Positions 15,855-31,481 are shown, counted from the first letter of the whole stretch. The stretch is DNA of 62,834 nucleotides, filler included, from Rhabdomonas costata (GCA_019059605.1; 24 parts of 24 records of this genome joined end to end with filler, not necessarily neighbours in it); one strand, 5' to 3'. The notes: generated from the sequence alone by a model not told the origin. Numbers and translations are program-made.

Positions 15855-16110
15855 GCGCGGAAGGTCATTGCCATTTATCTCGGCAATAATATCAACTACA
15901 CTTCTTCAAGTAAATAACCCCAGCCCAACAGAACACAACACACTGCACCCGCAAATAAGCGATCGAAAGAAAAAATGATAATCCTGATTATACTACTTAA
16001 AAAACAAACAAAAAATATCCTATCTTGTGAAATGGGCGATTGGGATCGCCGTTATCGATCAAGTATCATTTCCCACTCAGTCACTCCTTGTCGCTACTCA
16101 CGCTGCGCGT

Positions 16111-18270
16111 TCAACTGCGCAGGTACTGCTCGTAGATCTGCTCCGGGGTGAGCCCATGCTCCAACCTCCAGCTGTGGAAGGACACCGGGGGAGGGGAATG
16201 CCGGAGCTGGTTGTGTGCGTAGTGCGACGGGGGCCACTGGTGCAGCCCCTCATGGTGCCTCACTGGGATCCCCAGAATCTTTTCCAGCCAAATCCCGAGG
16301 TACCAGTCGTCCGGTGAGCCTGGGCTGGGACACACGCAGGCCTCACATGACACCACCGTTGCCAAGGCCTTCGCGTTGAGCACCATTCCAGAGCCTACCG
16401 CCACCAAAAGACCACCGCCAAAGAAAAAGGAAACGAGTGCAGGAAGGCAGGGACCAACGGTCCTTGGGGGCAAAAAGAAAATAATGCTCGCTGGCGACTG
16501 TTCGGGTTGCTGGGATTCGGAACGAATTCGTTTGGGCCGACTGCTCAAGCGCCTGAGTGGCCTGTAACGCGTGAATTGTATGGCCTGGTAAGAAAGCTAC
16601 AAACAATCGGTTACCAATCCCACAGAGTAGTCGCAGACTTCCGACATGCCCAAAGACCAACAAGTGGGGTACTTCTTTACTGCTAAATGTTGCTTGGCGT
16701 GCATATTTGCTGCACCGCAAACCGCAAAGAACTCACAAAGAAGGATGCTTTCAACATCCCTCCTCTCTTCTAAAGCGGCACAATCGTACGATTTGACACC
16801 ACCCTTGATATGGCAAAGCCAAGTCAACTGAAGACGTCCCCTTTTGCTCTTTGTTTCGGGTGAGACGAAAGAGCAAACATCACAGAAAAAGAAGACGAGG
16901 ATGGACTGAAGGCAGTGGAAAAGTAACCTCCGGTTGGGTAGTTCCAGCCAAAGGAGCCGTTAACGAGGGAGAAGCCGTAACCAAAGCGTTCACCCACACA
17001 CAAGGGCCCCTCATCGTTATACTCAGACAGCGCGTTAACCATTCGGGGAACACTCTGTGCCGAAACACAGAGGACAGCATGCGACTGGCGCACGCTCTGT
17101 TTTGCCGCAATTTTTGTTTTTATAACTCAGCTTCAATCTGTCTGATTGACAGCAGAAGTTTATATTCAAAGCAAGGGGAATAAAAACGGCACGCACTCAC
17201 AAGGCATATGTTCGTGAGAAACAACGAAAAATCCAACCGATGGAACACCCCCACACACAACGCGCTCACACCCTCATACCACGAGTGTATCATCGTCGAC
17301 GATGACAAAGAACTTCACTTGCGGAGGTTCCCTTGGTGCCGCAGCGTATCGCGCGAACAGGTAATGCAGAATCCACTGTAACTTAGCACAGTGGCCCACC
17401 TACAAAATTGGATCGCAAGCGGCGCTCAATGCTGTGTGGATCACTAGATCAGAATTCACAAAAAACAGTGGAAATCATCAACAGATGTCAGGTTTAATCA
17501 CACATCCACAATCAGCTTGGCAGTAATGGCAGTTCGATAGTAAGAGAGGTATTACTGCCTCTACAAGTGGGAGATCAAATGCAATAGACCTCAATGTTCG
17601 GCACCCCTTCCGTACGAATGGTGGGGATCTCCGGGTCTGTGGCGTTGGAGAAGAACAGCAGATGCGGCGCAGCTCTGGCCCAAGTCCGCTTCACCACCGG
17701 CACTCGCTCGGCGTGGAACTGCTGCGCCGTCTTCACAGCAAACACCACCTCCTCCGCAACAACGTCCCGGACGGTCGTTCCTTCCTCAGCGCCGGGCCAC
17801 TTGGGGTGTTCATTTCCAGCTGCTTTGTGCTTCGCTCCCAGCCGCGACAGTGGATTCTGTGGACCCAAGGCAGCACCTGTAGGCAAGCTTATCAACTCTG
17901 CTTCTGGAGACTCGACTGGCCGACTTGCGCCAGCGATGGTTGGATCCAGGCGCTGTACGGCGCTGCAGTCTGGAGTCTGGTGATGTACACTGGCAACTTT
18001 TGGCCGATTGTTAGGCATGTTCCCACACCCCGCCTCCATCTCGGAAGCACCGGGCTCGCTTTCCGAGAAGGGCTCACACGCTTCGCGGCGACCCTCGACA
18101 TAGGCTGCACTGGCGAGGTGCCGCAAGTCGGGATGCGGGGTGAGAACTACTCCGAATGTTTCCTGGAGAGGGTGCACCACGGTAAAGACATGCATCTGTG
18201 TCAAAAAGCCAAGCAAACACCAAACCAAGCCACCGCAGTGGGGCATTCTCCTCTGATCCTGTGACCCCAA
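16111..18270 (-). CDS. GT31 Fringe-like beta-1,3-glucosyltransferase (B3GLCT-like)
   Basis: Exons ..-17590, 17399-17280, 17054-16928 and 16394-16111 join in frame: FAVKT..FH..R..VVKRTW, GHCAK, IVDDDT, GERFGY, YPTGGSGMV, CPS..SPDD..LG, HQ..P..Y, SFH. Confidence 0.9.
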
Positions 18271-18776
18271 CCCNNNNNNNNNNNNNNNNNNNNNNNNNNN
18301 NNNNNNNNNNNNNNNNNTTAATTAATTAANNNNNNNNNNNNNNNNNNNNNNNNNNNNNNNNNNNNNNNNNNNNGGTTTTGGTGGAGCGCTGCCATCGCGG
18401 AAGGAATTAAACGCGGACACGTCAGGCAAAAAAATTGGAAAGGTGTCTGCTGTGCGCACATAACACGCCTGGCTGATGCAGAGATGATGTCTCCTACATG
18501 CAACTCTGTGTGTGTGTCGCTCCGCAACTCACGTGTCACAACTATATTTTGGACTCCAGATTGAGGTTATTGCTGATCGGTAGCGGTAGTAAACTTAATG
18601 GGACCAAAAGAAAAGTTCGACTATTGTAGTCGAACGGACCGATGGCTGATGTCTTTCACACGGTGGAGGTAACCCCGTCGGTGAAACCGGTGTAACCTTA
18701 AAGAAAGCGAGCAGAGAATTGGACATGAATGCGGGCAGTAATGCAAACTTGGACTCGGTGCACATTGGCATGGTAC

Positions 18777-20225
18777 CTAGACACCGAGATCGCGGCGTGC
18801 TGAATAGCCCCGGGACCACCCACTGGAGGGGTCCATGATGCCCGCACTGATGCTCCGCAGCGCGGCGTTGGTGGCGTTCACCGCCGTGATCCTCTGCGGC
18901 TTCCACGTGGCTGTGAAGACAGTGGAGATGAGTTGCTGCCCCTCTACAGAGCATCGAGAGCCCTTGGGGATCTCTACTAGAAAGAACACAGTACCCGGGA
19001 AGTACCCGGGAACAGCGGGACGCCTGTCCCACGAACTCTCTCTCACGAAGTCCGATAAGCCCGTGCTCTGCGACCCGAACCATCCCAAACGCATTTCCAA
19101 ACGCACGCATACACGCTTAGGCACAAGCTCACAAATCAGCTGCAAATGGCCTCAAAGGCAGCTTCGATTCCATGTGGGAAGAGCGATTCAGTTGTAGTAA
19201 GTGGTCCTACTCTCCATTTCCGCGGTGACCGCTCACGATTGCTGAATGGAAGCACCCCTCAGAAAGACAAGAGCAATTCATGTGCACACACGGATCACAA
19301 CGTTTTCAGGAAGTCATCGAAGGTGGTCAGGGTCACTCCGAGCTGGCTACCATGGTACCATGGTGACCTCCCCTGTGGTGGCGACCCGCAGGCCCCCACC
19401 ACGGGCTGTGCAAGGATGCTCACCCCGCCGGGCAGCAAAGAGGAGTACACCGGGGCGAAGCCGACTGGGGTGGAGCTGCACACCGCGGCTTGGTAACAGG
19501 CCTGCGGGGGGGCACAGAGGCGACCTAAAGTTAAGCGTACAGCGCTTATACCGCGTATACCGCGGCGGATTTGAAGGAGCCTGATGGCTTCTTGGTCACA
19601 GGCCACACAGGTACCGGCCTGCAGCAATGTCACCACAATTACGTTGCCTTTCGTCCAATGCAACAACGGTTAACTCACTCAAGAGAATGTCACAACCCAT
19701 CCACCCGTTCCAGCAGCGCCGTGGAGCCCTTCACATTGAAATAATCTTGTCCAATTTGTTTGCCAAAGCCAGCAACGAAAATTCCAAAATTTCCCAAAAA
19801 ACAAACCCGTTTAGCAGTGCTGAACGTTAAACGCCGCCCCCTTTCCCCGGAAATACCCCAGCTGTCAACGACACCTCGCAAAGCCTTTCTGTTCCAAAAA
19901 AACGAAAAAAGAAGTCGCAGCAAGTCTGGGTGGCGTTGTAGTGGCTGCCCCCATAGTCGATCTGACTGAAGCGCAGCAGCCACTTACAGTCCAAGGTCAG
20001 CCCCTGCGGAGGGGTGGCTGACGTGGTGGCGGGCCAGCTGCTGTACCAATACCCCGTGAGGTTGGCGCTCAGGCTCCAGTACAAAGCCCTACTCCGGGGG
20101 TCTGTGTCCAGGGCAAGGACTTCACCGTTGCTGCGTCCCAGTAGCAAGCTGGTGGATCCGGGAGGGTTGTTACTGAGGAGGACGAACATTGCCAGGCGCA
20201 TGTCTGATGAATAAGGGCCGCCTGT
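18777..20225 (-). CDS. Hypothetical multi-exon protein, probably extracellular (partial)
   Basis: GC-rich exon-like blocks at ~20225-19920, ~19500-19310 and ~18945-18777. No family recognised. Confidence 0.4.
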
Positions 20226-21201
20226 TGTTGCGAATCGTGTCTATCGGTATCAGAAAACTGCGCGCGAGCAAAACAACCTCAACCGGATGTGAGACGCGAC
20301 ACTCACGGCATAATAGCGTAACTTCAATCATGGCTGGAAATAACGCAAAATAAGAAATTAGCGAGATAATGAAGACGGGCTTTCTGTCAGTGAGTGCTTT
20401 CCAAAAAAAACTTGCCCCACAGCGCGCGCATACAAATGCTGCCCGAGGCGCTAGTGCATTTATGCGCCTCCCTCATCGAGTGCTTTTATGCCCACCCGCT
20501 CGTCAGTAGGGTGGGTCCACACCCTCTGGGCCTTTCCTTTTCTGTTATTGTGTATCTTTTGCTGCCGTGTTTCTATGGTGTTTTTCCTTCTGTGCCTCAC
20601 GTGAGATTGTTGGCAAACCACTAGGCACAAAAAGATTCACTCACATGCATTTGTAGTCCGACTCTCCCCTCAGTGTGCGAAGTTCCCTCATTTTCACCCC
20701 TTTTGAAGCCCGTTTCGACGGCAATAAGCCCCCCTTTCAAGGCTTTTTGCCCCCAAAAATCCGCCCCAGGGCCTCAAAAAACCTCAAATCCGCATAAAAA
20801 CGCGTTTTTCGGAACCCCCGACCTCAAAAACATCACGTTGGGTCGATTTCCGGAGGGTCGATTTTTTCACCCGGAGGCCCCATTTTCAAACCCCCACNNN
20901 NNNNNNNNNNNNNNNNNNNNNNNNNNNNNNNNNNNNNNNNNTTAATTAATTAANNNNNNNNNNNNNNNNNNNNNNNNNNNNNNNNNNNNNNNNNNNNGGG
21001 GTGGTTGTGTGGAAATCCACAGTTAGGGACGCAGCTGTTCTTTTTTCTTTTTGTTTTGCTGTGGTGAATATTTCGGCGTAAAGTCTTAAAAAAAAAATGC
21101 GGTGACCTTTCCAATTAGTTCCCGGCTATACTCCAATCTGCTGTCTTGGCGCCTCCTTGCATCGGCACCCTTCTGTTTTGCGCAGCAATTTCCTTTCCGA
21201 G

Positions 21202-23146
21202 GATCTGGTGTGGGGAGGACGAACGTGGGAGGAAGGGTCTCAAATTCTGCTTCGAATATCTTTCCGGTTGGGTCCAGAAGTTCACGAGATTCCTCGACAT
21301 GGCCATCGGTCTGTTTTTGGGGTTTGGGGGTGTTGCGGTGGTTTGAAGGCAGTGCATGTTCGAGGCTGTGCCTTTTTCTTTTTTGGTTTGCTGTGGTGAA
21401 TACTTCGGCATACAGATTTCAGCCTCTCCCCTCGGATCGTATGGTATATATGCACTGCGTTCCTGAGTGTGATCTGCACCATTGAATGGCGTGGGCTTTT
21501 ATCGCTAATGCTTTTGAATGTTTTTGAACTTTGGTGACGCATCAGACCGGCTTTATTTACTGCGGCACAAGTCTGCGCGGCTCCACGGGCAGCTGTGCCA
21601 GAGGAAGTTTTTGCAAAAGACCTAGTTTGCATGGAGCGGACCGAAGAGGGGGGGTCTTCTAACGGTAGGCAAACCAGCACTGGCACTGGATGCCACACAA
21701 ATACACACAAACTAGCAAACAAACAAACAAAAATGACCACACTTTTCTCAGAGCCCGCGCTATCGCCGTTCTGAAAATCAGGCTCACCACACTAAGCTGA
21801 CCAACTTCAGTTCAGCAGTCATGCTCCTTCCGTGCAATGTGAATGTTTCGACAGAACTTGTAGGCTTCCAAAATACGCATGTGCTCGCACACAAAGCGTG
21901 CATTCTGGTCTCCACCATGCATCGTCATGAAAAAGAGTCAAACTTTGACACCCCAAAACGGGAAATTGTTCACTTTTTATCACTGCCGGAAAACACCCAC
22001 ATACACACATGCACGGTTCGTGAAATAATGTCTGGGCGATTGACGCCAAGGCTTTAAATCTGTCGATATGTCGTTGTGCCTACACTAGCGTTTGCTTGGG
22101 TAAGGGGTGCGTAAAAAAGACCACGATTCAGGAATTCCCGACGGCGCTTCCGGACGCGCAAAAAAAAAGAGGATGTTGCGTTCATCGGTTTCAACCATGC
22201 ATCACCTTCTGAATCCTTTCCCAGGGAACCACCCATCATAATCGCCCTTTAACCGCAGTAGTAGCATTAGTAGTATTAGCAGTAGTAGTGTTTTTTTAAT
22301 AAAAATGGCAAAGTCGACGGAGGGGGCCGGTCATAATTTACACGAGTGCTACCGCCTAGCCTTCGAGTAGTCGGTCCGGGCCAATTCCATCGGATAACCC
22401 ACCCAACTCCCCTCAACTGGGGGTGGGTTAAACCCGGAGACTCGAAATTCTGACTGAAAAGCTCCAAAAAATGGGCAAACACGGACACACACACACCCGG
22501 ACATTTTTCCGTTTTCCGCTCTAATAAACGACACTACACTACACTGCACTACACTTTGTTCCTACCTCACTTCGTTTCTTTTCGGAAACAAGGTCCCGTG
22601 CAATACCCGGGCTGGAAATCTGCAGCGGGTGCCCAGCGAATTGCAAGCGAATTGCTGAGAAAGACGCATACCAAAGGCTTCCACACGCACAGAAGTACCT
22701 GTGGTGCCGAAATACCGAGCGGTGGGGGGGAGTAGTTGGATTTTGCGTCGGGAGGGATCGTGGTCGTCTCTCGCCGTCATATAACGTGACCCACATCATA
22801 CCTACATCCATCCTGTAGCCTCCTCATTGGGTCAAGCATTGTTCACTGACGAGCGGTCTTCTTACTGCGTTTCATTAATCATTAATCTAGGAAATACTCC
22901 GTCAACGCCATGATAACCCTGACTCCTCAGTGCCGATTTCCCCTGCCTTTGTCACATACACCACCCAAGGATTTCGTCACGGAAGTCTACGTCGATGAGT
23001 TTGAGAATGACGTGGACAACGGCCACTGTGACCCAAACGATGTGGATACCGTGCGGAACTACCTCTCTCGCATGGTGGACGACACCCAGGCCCTTCTGCG
23101 TGGGGAGTCCGCGGCTGAGCCTGCAGACGAGGAGGCATTTGAGTAA
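21202..23146 (+). CDS. C-terminal exons of a hypothetical protein
   Basis: Exon-like IWCGEDERGRKGLKFCFEYLSGWVQKFTRFLDM and last exon DFVTEVYVDEFENDVDNGHCDP...EEAFE*. Confidence 0.45.
22531..22591 (-). repeat. Dispersed repeat end with (ACACT)n tail, second copy at 34105-34146
   Basis: 22550-22591 and 34105-34146 match at 37/42 nt in different contigs. Confidence 0.75.
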
Positions 23147-23622
23147 GTAAAGGGAAAAGGGATTCGGGTCGAGTTACCTGACGGGAAAAGAAAGAGTACG
23201 TTGACCTTTTGCTCTCTTTGTCCGCTGACCTTTCGGTTGACAGCTCTGCAGGTTTATAGGTAAGGAAGGGCTCTTGGTGTGGGTTACTTGAGGGATTTTT
23301 TTAGCTTGTGTTGTGTCACCTCTCAGACACCTCTGTATGCCTTCGTTTCCCCCTTCTCGCATCTCTCCCTTGGAGTTGCTTTGTCACGCGCTTTTCCAAC
23401 TTTTCCAACTGAGCCTGCATTTGGCTGAGCCTTTCTCTGCCTTTTGCGTTTGCACGCGGTGGTATGTTCAGAAGTCTGCACCTGCACTTTGAATTGCCGA
23501 AGACTGCGCTCCCTTTCTCCCGNNNNNNNNNNNNNNNNNNNNNNNNNNNNNNNNNNNNNNNNNNNNTTAATTAATTAANNNNNNNNNNNNNNNNNNNNNN
23601 NNNNNNNNNNNNNNNNNNNNNN

Positions 23623-24660
23623 GGTGTTTGTTCTGTGAGTTGGCAACTGCCTTCTCGCAGCAACCCTGAAAGTGTGGGTTTGTGCATCGGGTTCATTACG
23701 TGTGCGTGGGCGTGTGTTCTTCTTCTTCTGTTAGGGTTAGGGTTTGGAGTAGGAGTCTGTGTCTGTAGTGGAGTCGGAGTTGTTGTTGGTGGTGGTGCGT
23801 AATGTATGCTGTTGGTGTTGGCTGTAGGGGTTGGTGTTGCTGTCTGTGTCTTGTGTCTGTGTCTGTGGTGCTAGGGTTTGTGCTGTTGCTGTAGGGTAGG
23901 GTGGTGTGGTTGGAGCTGGTGCGTTGGGTTCATGCGTAGGGTGGTTGGCTGGTGTTGGTGTCCCTGTTGGTGTTGCTTTGTCTGCCTCCTGTTGTTGTGT
24001 CTCCATCAACCGTGCCGTCTCTGTCAACCATGCCGTTTCTGTCTCCGTCTCAGGTTCTGTCTCCGTTTCATGTGGTGGTTCCTGCGCTTCTGTCTCTCGA
24101 TCTCACGTTCATGCCCTCTGTGTTGCTTCCTGTCGTCTGTGTGGCTCCCTCTTGTGTTTCTACGTCCTGTGTGTGTCCTGCCTTTGCTGCTTCTGTGTGT
24201 GTGTTGACCTTGCTGGGTGTGGTGATATTGCTGTGTGTTCCGACTTCTGCAGACGTGTGACTCTTGCTTCCCTGTGACCTTGTGTGTGTGTCTCCTGCCA
24301 CTCCTGACCTGACCTCTGTGTGGCTCCTTCGTTTCCTTCTCGTGTGTTCTTGGCCTTCCTTCTGCTGATGTGTGTGGATTTCCTGCCTCTTACGCTTCTG
24401 TGGTGGTTCCTGGTGCTGATCTCCATCCTGTTGCTCCTGCCTCTTACGTGACTGCTTCCTCTTACGTATCAATGGTGGTGGAATTCCCGCTACTGATGCT
24501 TGAGGGAGGAGTGACGTTGCATTCTGAGGTGGAAGATGGGGTGTCAGAGGGCGTATAGATGACCACGATGTCTACGCTTAAGATGATGCCTAAGATGATG
24601 CCTACTTTGATGGTGTTGATGCCGATGTTGATGATGCCTACTTCTACGCCTATTCCTTCC
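23623..24660 (-). pseudogene. Disrupted Thr/Pro/Gln/His-rich low-complexity ORF, possibly a retroelement ORF
   Basis: Strong strand skew (plus strand nearly A-free). Three minus-strand frames hand over successively (RKRQEQQ.., ETETEPETETE.., TPTPNPNPN). No introns. Confidence 0.4.
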
Positions 24661-25803
24661 AAAGCCCTGGTCCCAACGCCGTTTTCTTGGGTTTGTTAAA
24701 GATGGCTCGTCTGCCCTGAAGTATGACTCTTTGCACCAGGCGAGCAGAAGTTTCTGCTTCTCACCTTGAGTGAGTGTTCAATAAGTACCCAGTACACCTC
24801 TACGTCACCCCGATGACGGGCCAATTGGTAGAGGTCTTTTGAGCTTTACTCTGTGCATTTCCCGGCGCACGCGCGTGCCCAGCAATTTCCAACGACATCC
24901 AGCTGACAGACCTCCTCCTACTAGAGCACAAGCGCAAGATCCGGAGGTATCTCCCCTGTCCCAATCGTGTTTGCGTTGTTCCTGCAATGGTCTTAAATTT
25001 TTCAGTCTCACTCTGGTCCTGCCGCTAGTAAACCACTTGTCCGCTTTGGCATTTGCCCGCTTTTTTTGTTTATCGTAGTCTTCTGCCAGTTTTGTCTTCT
25101 GCTAGTTTTGCAATGCATTTGCTGGCTTTCACATCTCAAGGAAAGCAGCACGCAACCAAAAAAAAGTCCCCAAAAAACGAAAAAGATGAGTCATGTTGGG
25201 CATAGTTTCTCTCACAAGATTTGTGCCACATTTTACCACAAGCTCTCCCCAGCGGATCTGGCAAGCCGGATGCTCCACGAATTTTGGGACAACATTTTGG
25301 GAGCGCCATATTATTGGCTTTCACGGATTAATGGCCTCTCTCCCCTCTTGTTCCTTCAGGCTGAACTTTCAGCCTTATCGCTGGCAAGAGCTCGTCCAGA
25401 TCGCTCGGTCACGCCTGGGCCCTTCGTATGCCTTGTTTGTCTGTCTCTTGTGAAAGTACTTGGTCTGTATCTCCCTTGCTTTTGTGCGTCACCCCCTCCG
25501 CTTGTTTATCAGGAAGTGATTCACAGAGCTCCTTTTTTTGGGGGGGGGTCCTTCTCAGGGCTTGCTCACTGATTACTGACCGAGCTCTGGAGTTCTGTGG
25601 AAAAAAGGTACGTGGCTTCCCTCCCCACCACCACAACCCTCCCTCCCGGAAACCCATGTCAGCAGTCTTTCTGAGCCAAGCTTTCTTCCTTCCTTCTCAT
25701 TTTTCTCTCTTCTGTGGTTTTGCTCTGCAATTTTGCGGTCGCAATCTCCCGCATTCACAATCTTTCGCACCTGCCGTTCACCATTATCACCACACCATCC
25801 GCC

Positions 25804-26145
25804 ATGTGTACACCCGCCAATTTCTCCCCTCAGGCGGCCCAGAGCAACGGTGACTGCCGTCGGATGCTCGAGCTGGTCCGACGCTGCCTCGGGGATCACT
25901 TCGCACCCTCTGGTTCTCCCGCACCAGTCGCTGCTGCTGCTACTGCTGATACTGCGGCCACAGGCTCCCCTCCCTGCCTCCCTTCCCCATCCCGGGCAGC
26001 AACCCCGCGGCACAAGAGGGCGTCGGTCTGCTCCCCGTGCCCCTCCGAGGAGAGGGCTGAGAAGAGGAGCCGAAACCTCACCCCCCGTACAACCTCTCTG
26101 GACCTGCTCACCGACCTGTCCACCAACCCCCAAACACACCAACAC
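25804..26145 (+). CDS. Probable first exon of a hypothetical protein
   Basis: gccATG at 25804, GC-rich open frame to the contig end. Confidence 0.4.
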
Positions 26146-26649
26146 NNNNNNNNNNNNNNNNNNNNNNNNNNNNNNNNNNNNNNNNNNNNTTAATTAATTA
26201 ANNNNNNNNNNNNNNNNNNNNNNNNNNNNNNNNNNNNNNNNNNNNTTTAAGTTTCTTCTTTCAAAGTAATCAATTTTTATTGGGTTCAGCCGTTTGCGAC
26301 GCTCTTCTTATAATCCTTGTGTTTTGGCGACATTTATTGCTTAGAAGCAGCTCTTTTCCATGCAACTCGGCCACTTTACTCTTGAAATTATTCTGCATCT
26401 GGCCTTTGACCCTCGGCAGTTCAACTATCTTTTTGCTCTCATCCCTTATGTCCTGCCTTCAGAAATTTTGCCGCTCTCTGCTGTTCTGCCGCTTCGTCCC
26501 TTGGAATTTACTTCTTCTTTGTCCTTTTTTTGCTGTCGCGCCTGTAGTTTTGAACCAAACGGCTCTCCTTGTCTGTCTGCTTTTCGTTATTCTTCCCAAT
26601 ATGTCACTTCACGGCATTGACGGCTTTTGCCTCTTACTCCGAGGTTTGG

Positions 26650-27480
26650 GGCCACCCAACACGGACCAAAACTCGACGGCCAGCTTCGAAACTTAAGCTG
26701 CCTGTTCTGCTCGTATCGGCCTCGCCTTTGAAGATGGATTTTTGTACATTTCCCCCGGTCTTCCTTCGTGGTTTTTTTTAACGTCTCCCCGCTTTCTACT
26801 CTGCAACGGGACTCTTCCCCAAAACTTATTCCTTCAACTTCCTCCGGCTTTTCGCCTTTACATCCAGCTGCCCCTCGGCCCCGCCCCGCCGGGATTTTCA
26901 GCTAGGGTGGGCGTTGCGAACCTTCCGGGCCCAGCCTTGCACCCCGGTGCTCCACGCGCTTTCCTTCTCAAACAAAACCGCCGCTAATCTTCGTTCCCAG
27001 GTCGTCCTCGACACCGGCGGTCCGCGCTTTAGTATTTGTCCTTTGCATTCGGTATTCCTCCCTACTCGCCAAACCTTTTCTCCTCTCAAAGTTCTGCGCC
27101 ATGGAAGGGCATCTTTGCAACTTTACGGAACGGAAAAGGAGATGATCTGGCAGAATCTCTTCGCAAGGGTAAAGCCCTTCGGCGGCAAGCGGTAAATCTT
27201 CCAACGTTTATCGGGACGCGGTTCGGCGACTCTAAGGTGGGAAGCAAAAGAGAACCGATCATAAGCAAGGCCACCCCACCCGCTTTTCAAAGCGGTTGTT
27301 TCAGACCAAGTCTGAGATCGCCAATATGAATTTTTCTTGGGAGATCATGGGTACGATAGGCTGTTTGGTAAATGCGGGATTCCATTCGATCGTTCCAGAA
27401 AACCTCCGGCGGCTGCAAAAGACTTTCAAGAAAGTGTTGGCACCTTCAAATTACAATTACAGCGTTTGTGAGATATGCGA
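26650..27480 (-). mobile_element. Highly decayed retroviral-type (Gypsy/Ginger-like) integrase relic
   Basis: Fragments across frames in the expected order: EKFILAISD, SPNRVPINVGRFT, LPWR...GEKVWRVGRN, WERRLAAVLF...STG, SFEAGRRVLVR. Many stops and frameshifts. Confidence 0.45.
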
Positions 27481-28542
27481 AAACGCGCGACATTCCCTTG
27501 TTTGAGACAGGAACTGGTAGACGTCCGAAAGGGCAAAAAAGGCGTACGGGTCATGTGCTTTTCGTTTCTTTGGTACTGTGCCAGGAGCATACCTTCCGAT
27601 CCGGAGAGGAACGCAAGAGACATGCCAACCAAATAGGGCCTGCAAAGCGGTGGCCTGGAACAGCAAAGTCAAGTCACCGAGGTTGGGAAGAGAGAGAAGA
27701 GGAGAAGGAACCCAGAAGTCCACCCTCTTTTGACCGCAACGCCCCCCCCCCATGCCTCTTCGCGATAAAAAAGCAAATAAAAAGCAGTGGCAGAGATGAA
27801 AATAGCAGGACTGCGCGCGAAACATCAACCGACCACACAACCGACTTCCCCCTTCCCCCGCACCGGACTGAACACAGCACAGGTGCAGCGCCAGGACCGT
27901 GCGCAAGAGATCTTTTTCGCGCTTTTTTCTTTCGCTGCAGTGGTGCAGCAGCATCCCCAGAGCAACCGATGCGCAGGGAGGGAATCCTTCGAAGCCAAAA
28001 TGCAACGCAGAAAGAATGATAATAAAGAATGAGAATGGGAGCAGCCAGGTGGAGAAAAACTGCAATCAAACCACAAGCAATGCGAGCAAAAGAACACCAG
28101 CAGAAGACACCACGTGGCCCCTGGGTGAGTGCACGTACAAATGAGAGAAAGAAAACGTCTAATCAAAAAAATAACGCAGCATGCAGAAACAGATACGATG
28201 AGGCAAAAAGCAACCTCGTGCATGGAGCTCGACGTGACGACCACGGGGGAGGAAGCTGGCCTCAGGCACATCCACACACCGGGCCCCAATCACTCAAAAA
28301 GCCAACGTGAGCCTTGTTAGCACACAGAGCGGGTAACAGATACGCTTGCGGTAGCAGACGCCCCTCTTCCCACACGCGTTAACCCGCGTTTTTCAACTAC
28401 TGCGCAGGGAAGATGGGACGACCCAAGCGACGAGAAAGAGAAAGGGAAAGACAAGCGGTCGTCGAAGGACTCTTCTCCCCCCTCGGACTCCTTCCCAGCA
28501 TGCCATCATCGCCTTCACACAGGGAAGGTGAGGGGAGAGGGC

Positions 28543-28715
28543 TCACGGTACGACTTCCAACTCGGAGGGCTCCCCGCGCCAGTGCTTGTGCGTGGGGAAG
28601 TCCACCACGACATCCCCGCTGCTAAGGTACCCCACCACAGTGCCGATCTGCCCCGGCCGGGCCTGCCCCCAGTCGTACTTCGGCTCCACCCCAGCCCGCA
28701 CCCGGACCTTCGTCC
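28543..28715 (-). CDS. Last exon with a HERC2/KEG-type (CPH/SH3_15-like) domain
   Basis: GTKVRVRAGVEPKYDWG..RPGQIGTVVG....DVVVDFP....WRG..SELEVV*. CAG acceptor at 28716. Confidence 0.75.
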
Positions 28716-29167
28716 CTGCAGGCCACAGCTCATGGTTCGCACCGTCCCCACCCCACACCNNNNNNNNNNNNNNNNNNNNNNNNNNNNNNNNNNNNNNNNN
28801 NNNTTAATTAATTAANNNNNNNNNNNNNNNNNNNNNNNNNNNNNNNNNNNNNNNNNNNNATCTGGGTGACGACCGTGCGACTGCTTCTGTGTTTCGCCCA
28901 ATGTGGGTACGCCTCGAACAGAAAGGGTTGCGACCCCCTCCCCCCTTCCTCCGCTCAGGGGATGGGTCAAGAGCTCTTCTTCAGCATGTGTCCGCGGGTG
29001 CATTTGATCAATATTAGGGAGTGGCCGAGAAGAACACGGAGTTTTTTCTGGGATGCTGTTTGCACGGACCTGCGTCGGCTAGCAGCCAGGGTGTGCGTGG
29101 TGTGCGGGTGCTTGTGTGTAGGAGGTCGAAAATTTGAGATTACAGGGAGCGCAAAGCACAGCCACAC

Positions 29168-31067
<1,900 letters not shown>

Positions 31068-31481
31068 CTGCCCCGGCACCGACGTTGTCCCACACGGTGA
31101 CCCCAGCGCTTCCTCTGCGAGAACACCCACACACCCACACCCGTGAAAACATGAAACACATCGCCCATCAGAGAGCTTTTAGGTGCTGTGGACAAAGGTG
31201 CGCCGCTGAGTATATCACAAACGAGTACTAAGCACGCCCCAGGGGCGCCATCTTAACCCCCCCCCCCGGCAAACATATTAGAACAAAAACAAAACATTGA
31301 CATGCCCGCACTGACGGGTGCCCAACAGTAGCGGCGGAACGCAGGGGCGGGCGGTTCATATATAAGACATATAAAACACACNNNNNNNNNNNNNNNNNNN
31401 NNNNNNNNNNNNNNNNNNNNNNNNNTTAATTAATTAANNNNNNNNNNNNNNNNNNNNNNNNNNNNNNNNNNNNNNNNNNNN

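Noticed and set aside
22370-22445. Small stem-loop (TAACCCACCC/GGGTGGGTTA) as an ncRNA
   Set aside because: No recognisable snRNA, snoRNA or spliced-leader motif.
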